From Trichoplax adhaerens (lineage: Eukaryota > Animalia > Placozoa): 7,762 bases of DNA. A program made the position numbers and the translations under genes. The number at the start of each line of letters is the position of its first letter. Position 1 is the stretch's first letter. The notes beneath the pieces were generated by a model. That model did no database searches. It saw only the letters and a list, made by a program, of their open reading frames with translations, and had not been told where the DNA came from. The DNA lies in contig NW_002061023.1 in NCBI RefSeq assembly GCF_000150275.1, positions 14,695 through 22,456 on the forward strand, in the 5' to 3' direction. Below are positions 7,301-7,762 of the stretch, in pieces.

Positions 7301-7762
7301 GTGAAGGCAGTTTATCCGATACTCAATGGCCAACCATTTATGCCAATGCTACTGGTACATTACGCAATTTATCATCCAGTACCAATCTATCATCTCGACA
7401 GATGATGAGAAAATTAGATCATTTAATTAATGCTCTCATCACAGTCACTCATTTATCGGTACAACGTAAAGATTTCGATGGTAAATGTGTCGAAAATTCG
7501 GTCTGTATATTACGCAATTTGTCGTATAATTTAGAAGAAGAAGTTGATCATGGTCTTGATATCGCTGAAGGTTATAAAAAAATCAAGCTCAAAAAGAGAT
7601 CGGTGCTTGGTAAGATATTCAATGATCGTAAGACCAATTTAGAAGCTAAAAGTGTCATCTTACCAGAAAATAATCGTAATATTAAAGGGCATTGCCATTT
7701 TATGGCAAACAAGTACTATTGAAGATTATCTAGCTATATACAGGAAGGTAGAAATACCGATA
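1327..7762 (+). CDS. CTNND2: p120/delta-catenin family armadillo-repeat protein (catenin delta-2-like); spliced gene model, incomplete at both ends: join(1327..1367,4235..4333,4851..4883,5379..5521,5695..6242,gap,6293..>7762)
   Basis: The spliced translation begins YMSGSETASLHSLS-SSEDLWLRQPSNANIENEDFSDSNSNVIIESCL-RTLEEKGVVND-EGSTPNPNIYASLPSR...MTAPSSD-MKGEINDRK. All four introns are GT..AG and phase-compatible (2,2,2,1). The C-terminal part has family-diagnostic ARM motifs: SINAAVHLQHACF, LRNLAYGKANDESK, LLWNLS, NATGTLRNLSS, KCVENSVCILRNLSY. Family assignment is by recalled similarity to vertebrate p120/delta-catenin. The symbol denotes the closest-looking paralogue, not proven orthology. Confidence 0.9.
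1801..2790. repeat. Intronic tandem repeat block, ~180-201-bp unit (dimer of two diverged ~90-100-bp monomers), ~5 copies
   Basis: The anchor (GG/CA/AG)AGAATG occurs at 1823, 2003, 2190, 2372, 2563 and 2764. GTACTACTATCGTTGG and ATTGCCTTTCTAG each recur once per unit. Confidence 0.93.
2790..3275. repeat. Degenerate ~100-bp monomers of the same repeat family
   Basis: The motif order GAGATGAT...CTTGATTTT(Y)n...GTTGAAACAG...CATTGC recurs with diverged anchors near 2786, 2885, 2988, 3088, 3191 and 3278. Confidence 0.65.
3275..3944. repeat. Intronic tandem repeat block, 105-107-bp unit, ~6 copies, with alternating variants in the inner four
   Basis: AACCGAGATGAT occurs at 3371, 3478, 3583, 3689 and 3794. 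ACCGCCATTGCCTTCCTATCTCGTGATCAAAACTA is present four times. Confidence 0.95.
4235..4333 (+). CDS. Internal exon (99 nt, phase 2-2), SSEDLWLRQPSNANIENEDFSDSNSNVIIESC(L)
   Basis: Acceptor GCAG (AG 4233-4234; alternative AG 4236-4237) and donor TT|GTAAGT at 4334. The frame is open and joins the next exon to give IIESCLRTLEEKG, resembling delta-catenin LVDSCIRSLQESG. Confidence 0.8.
4851..4883 (+). CDS. Short internal exon (33 nt, phase 2-2), RTLEEKGVVN(D)
   Basis: Acceptor TTTCTTTTCTCTAAATGTTATAG (AG 4849-4850) and donor GA|GTAAGT at 4884. It completes the SCLRTLEEKG motif in frame. Confidence 0.8.
5379..5521 (+). CDS. Internal exon (143 nt, phase 2-1), EGSTPNPNIYASLPSRNKLNNTIKKNKYDNDEHESGWNFDIMTAPSS(D)
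   Basis: Acceptor TTTTACTTAATCTAG (AG 5377-5378) and donor GCG|GTAAAT at 5522. It is stop-free, and it bridges the phase-2 donor at 4884 to the phase-1 acceptor at 5694. Confidence 0.75.
5695..6242 (+). CDS. 5' part of the large exon: low-complexity Ser/Gln/Tyr-rich regulatory region of the catenin
   Basis: Acceptor TTTTTGCCTCGTTGTAG (AG 5693-5694). It uses the frame of ORF 5646..6299 (MKGEINDRK...YTSLPR...YSTLER...), which is open up to the N gap. YxSLPR/YSTLxR motifs are typical of p120-family N-terminal regions. Confidence 0.8.
6243..6292. other. Assembly gap (50 N, placeholder length)
   Basis: Run of exactly 50 N. The coding frame differs on the two sides, so the true length is not 50 or the gap hides an intron. 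Confidence 0.98.
6293..7762 (+). CDS. 3' part of the large exon: Ser/Arg/Gly-rich linker, then ARM repeats 1-5 (from ~6868), the basic insert loop and the start of the next repeat; truncated by the window end
   Basis: Uses the frame of ORF 5980..7722 downstream of the gap and shows clear p120-family ARM motifs. Homology continues beyond 7689 in a shifted frame (GIAILWQTSTIEDYLAI). Confidence 0.92.

Overview
AT-rich eukaryotic genomic DNA, probably from an early-branching animal such as a placozoan (inferred from composition, compact introns and gene content; not proven). The window holds most of one + strand, intron-containing gene of the p120-catenin/delta-catenin (CTNND/PKP4/ARVCF/plakophilin) armadillo family. 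I reconstruct four short exons that the ORF track misses (1327-1367, 4235-4333, 4851-4883, 5379-5521). All are joined by GT-AG introns with matching phases, and they encode motifs resembling the delta-catenin (CTNND2) N-terminus. A large exon follows from 5695, crosses a 50-N assembly gap and runs to the window end, encoding a Ser/Arg-rich regulatory region and about five ARM repeats. The stop at 7720-7722 is probably caused by two compensating 1-bp indels. The introns carry two tandem-repeat arrays: a 157-bp repeat (618-1052) and a ~2.2-kb satellite-like array of ~90-107-bp monomers with higher-order (dimer) organisation (~1770-3944). I see no prokaryotic, CRISPR or autonomous mobile system here. 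The most unusual signals are the repeat architecture, its sense-strand splice-acceptor-like motifs and the mosaic catenin features.
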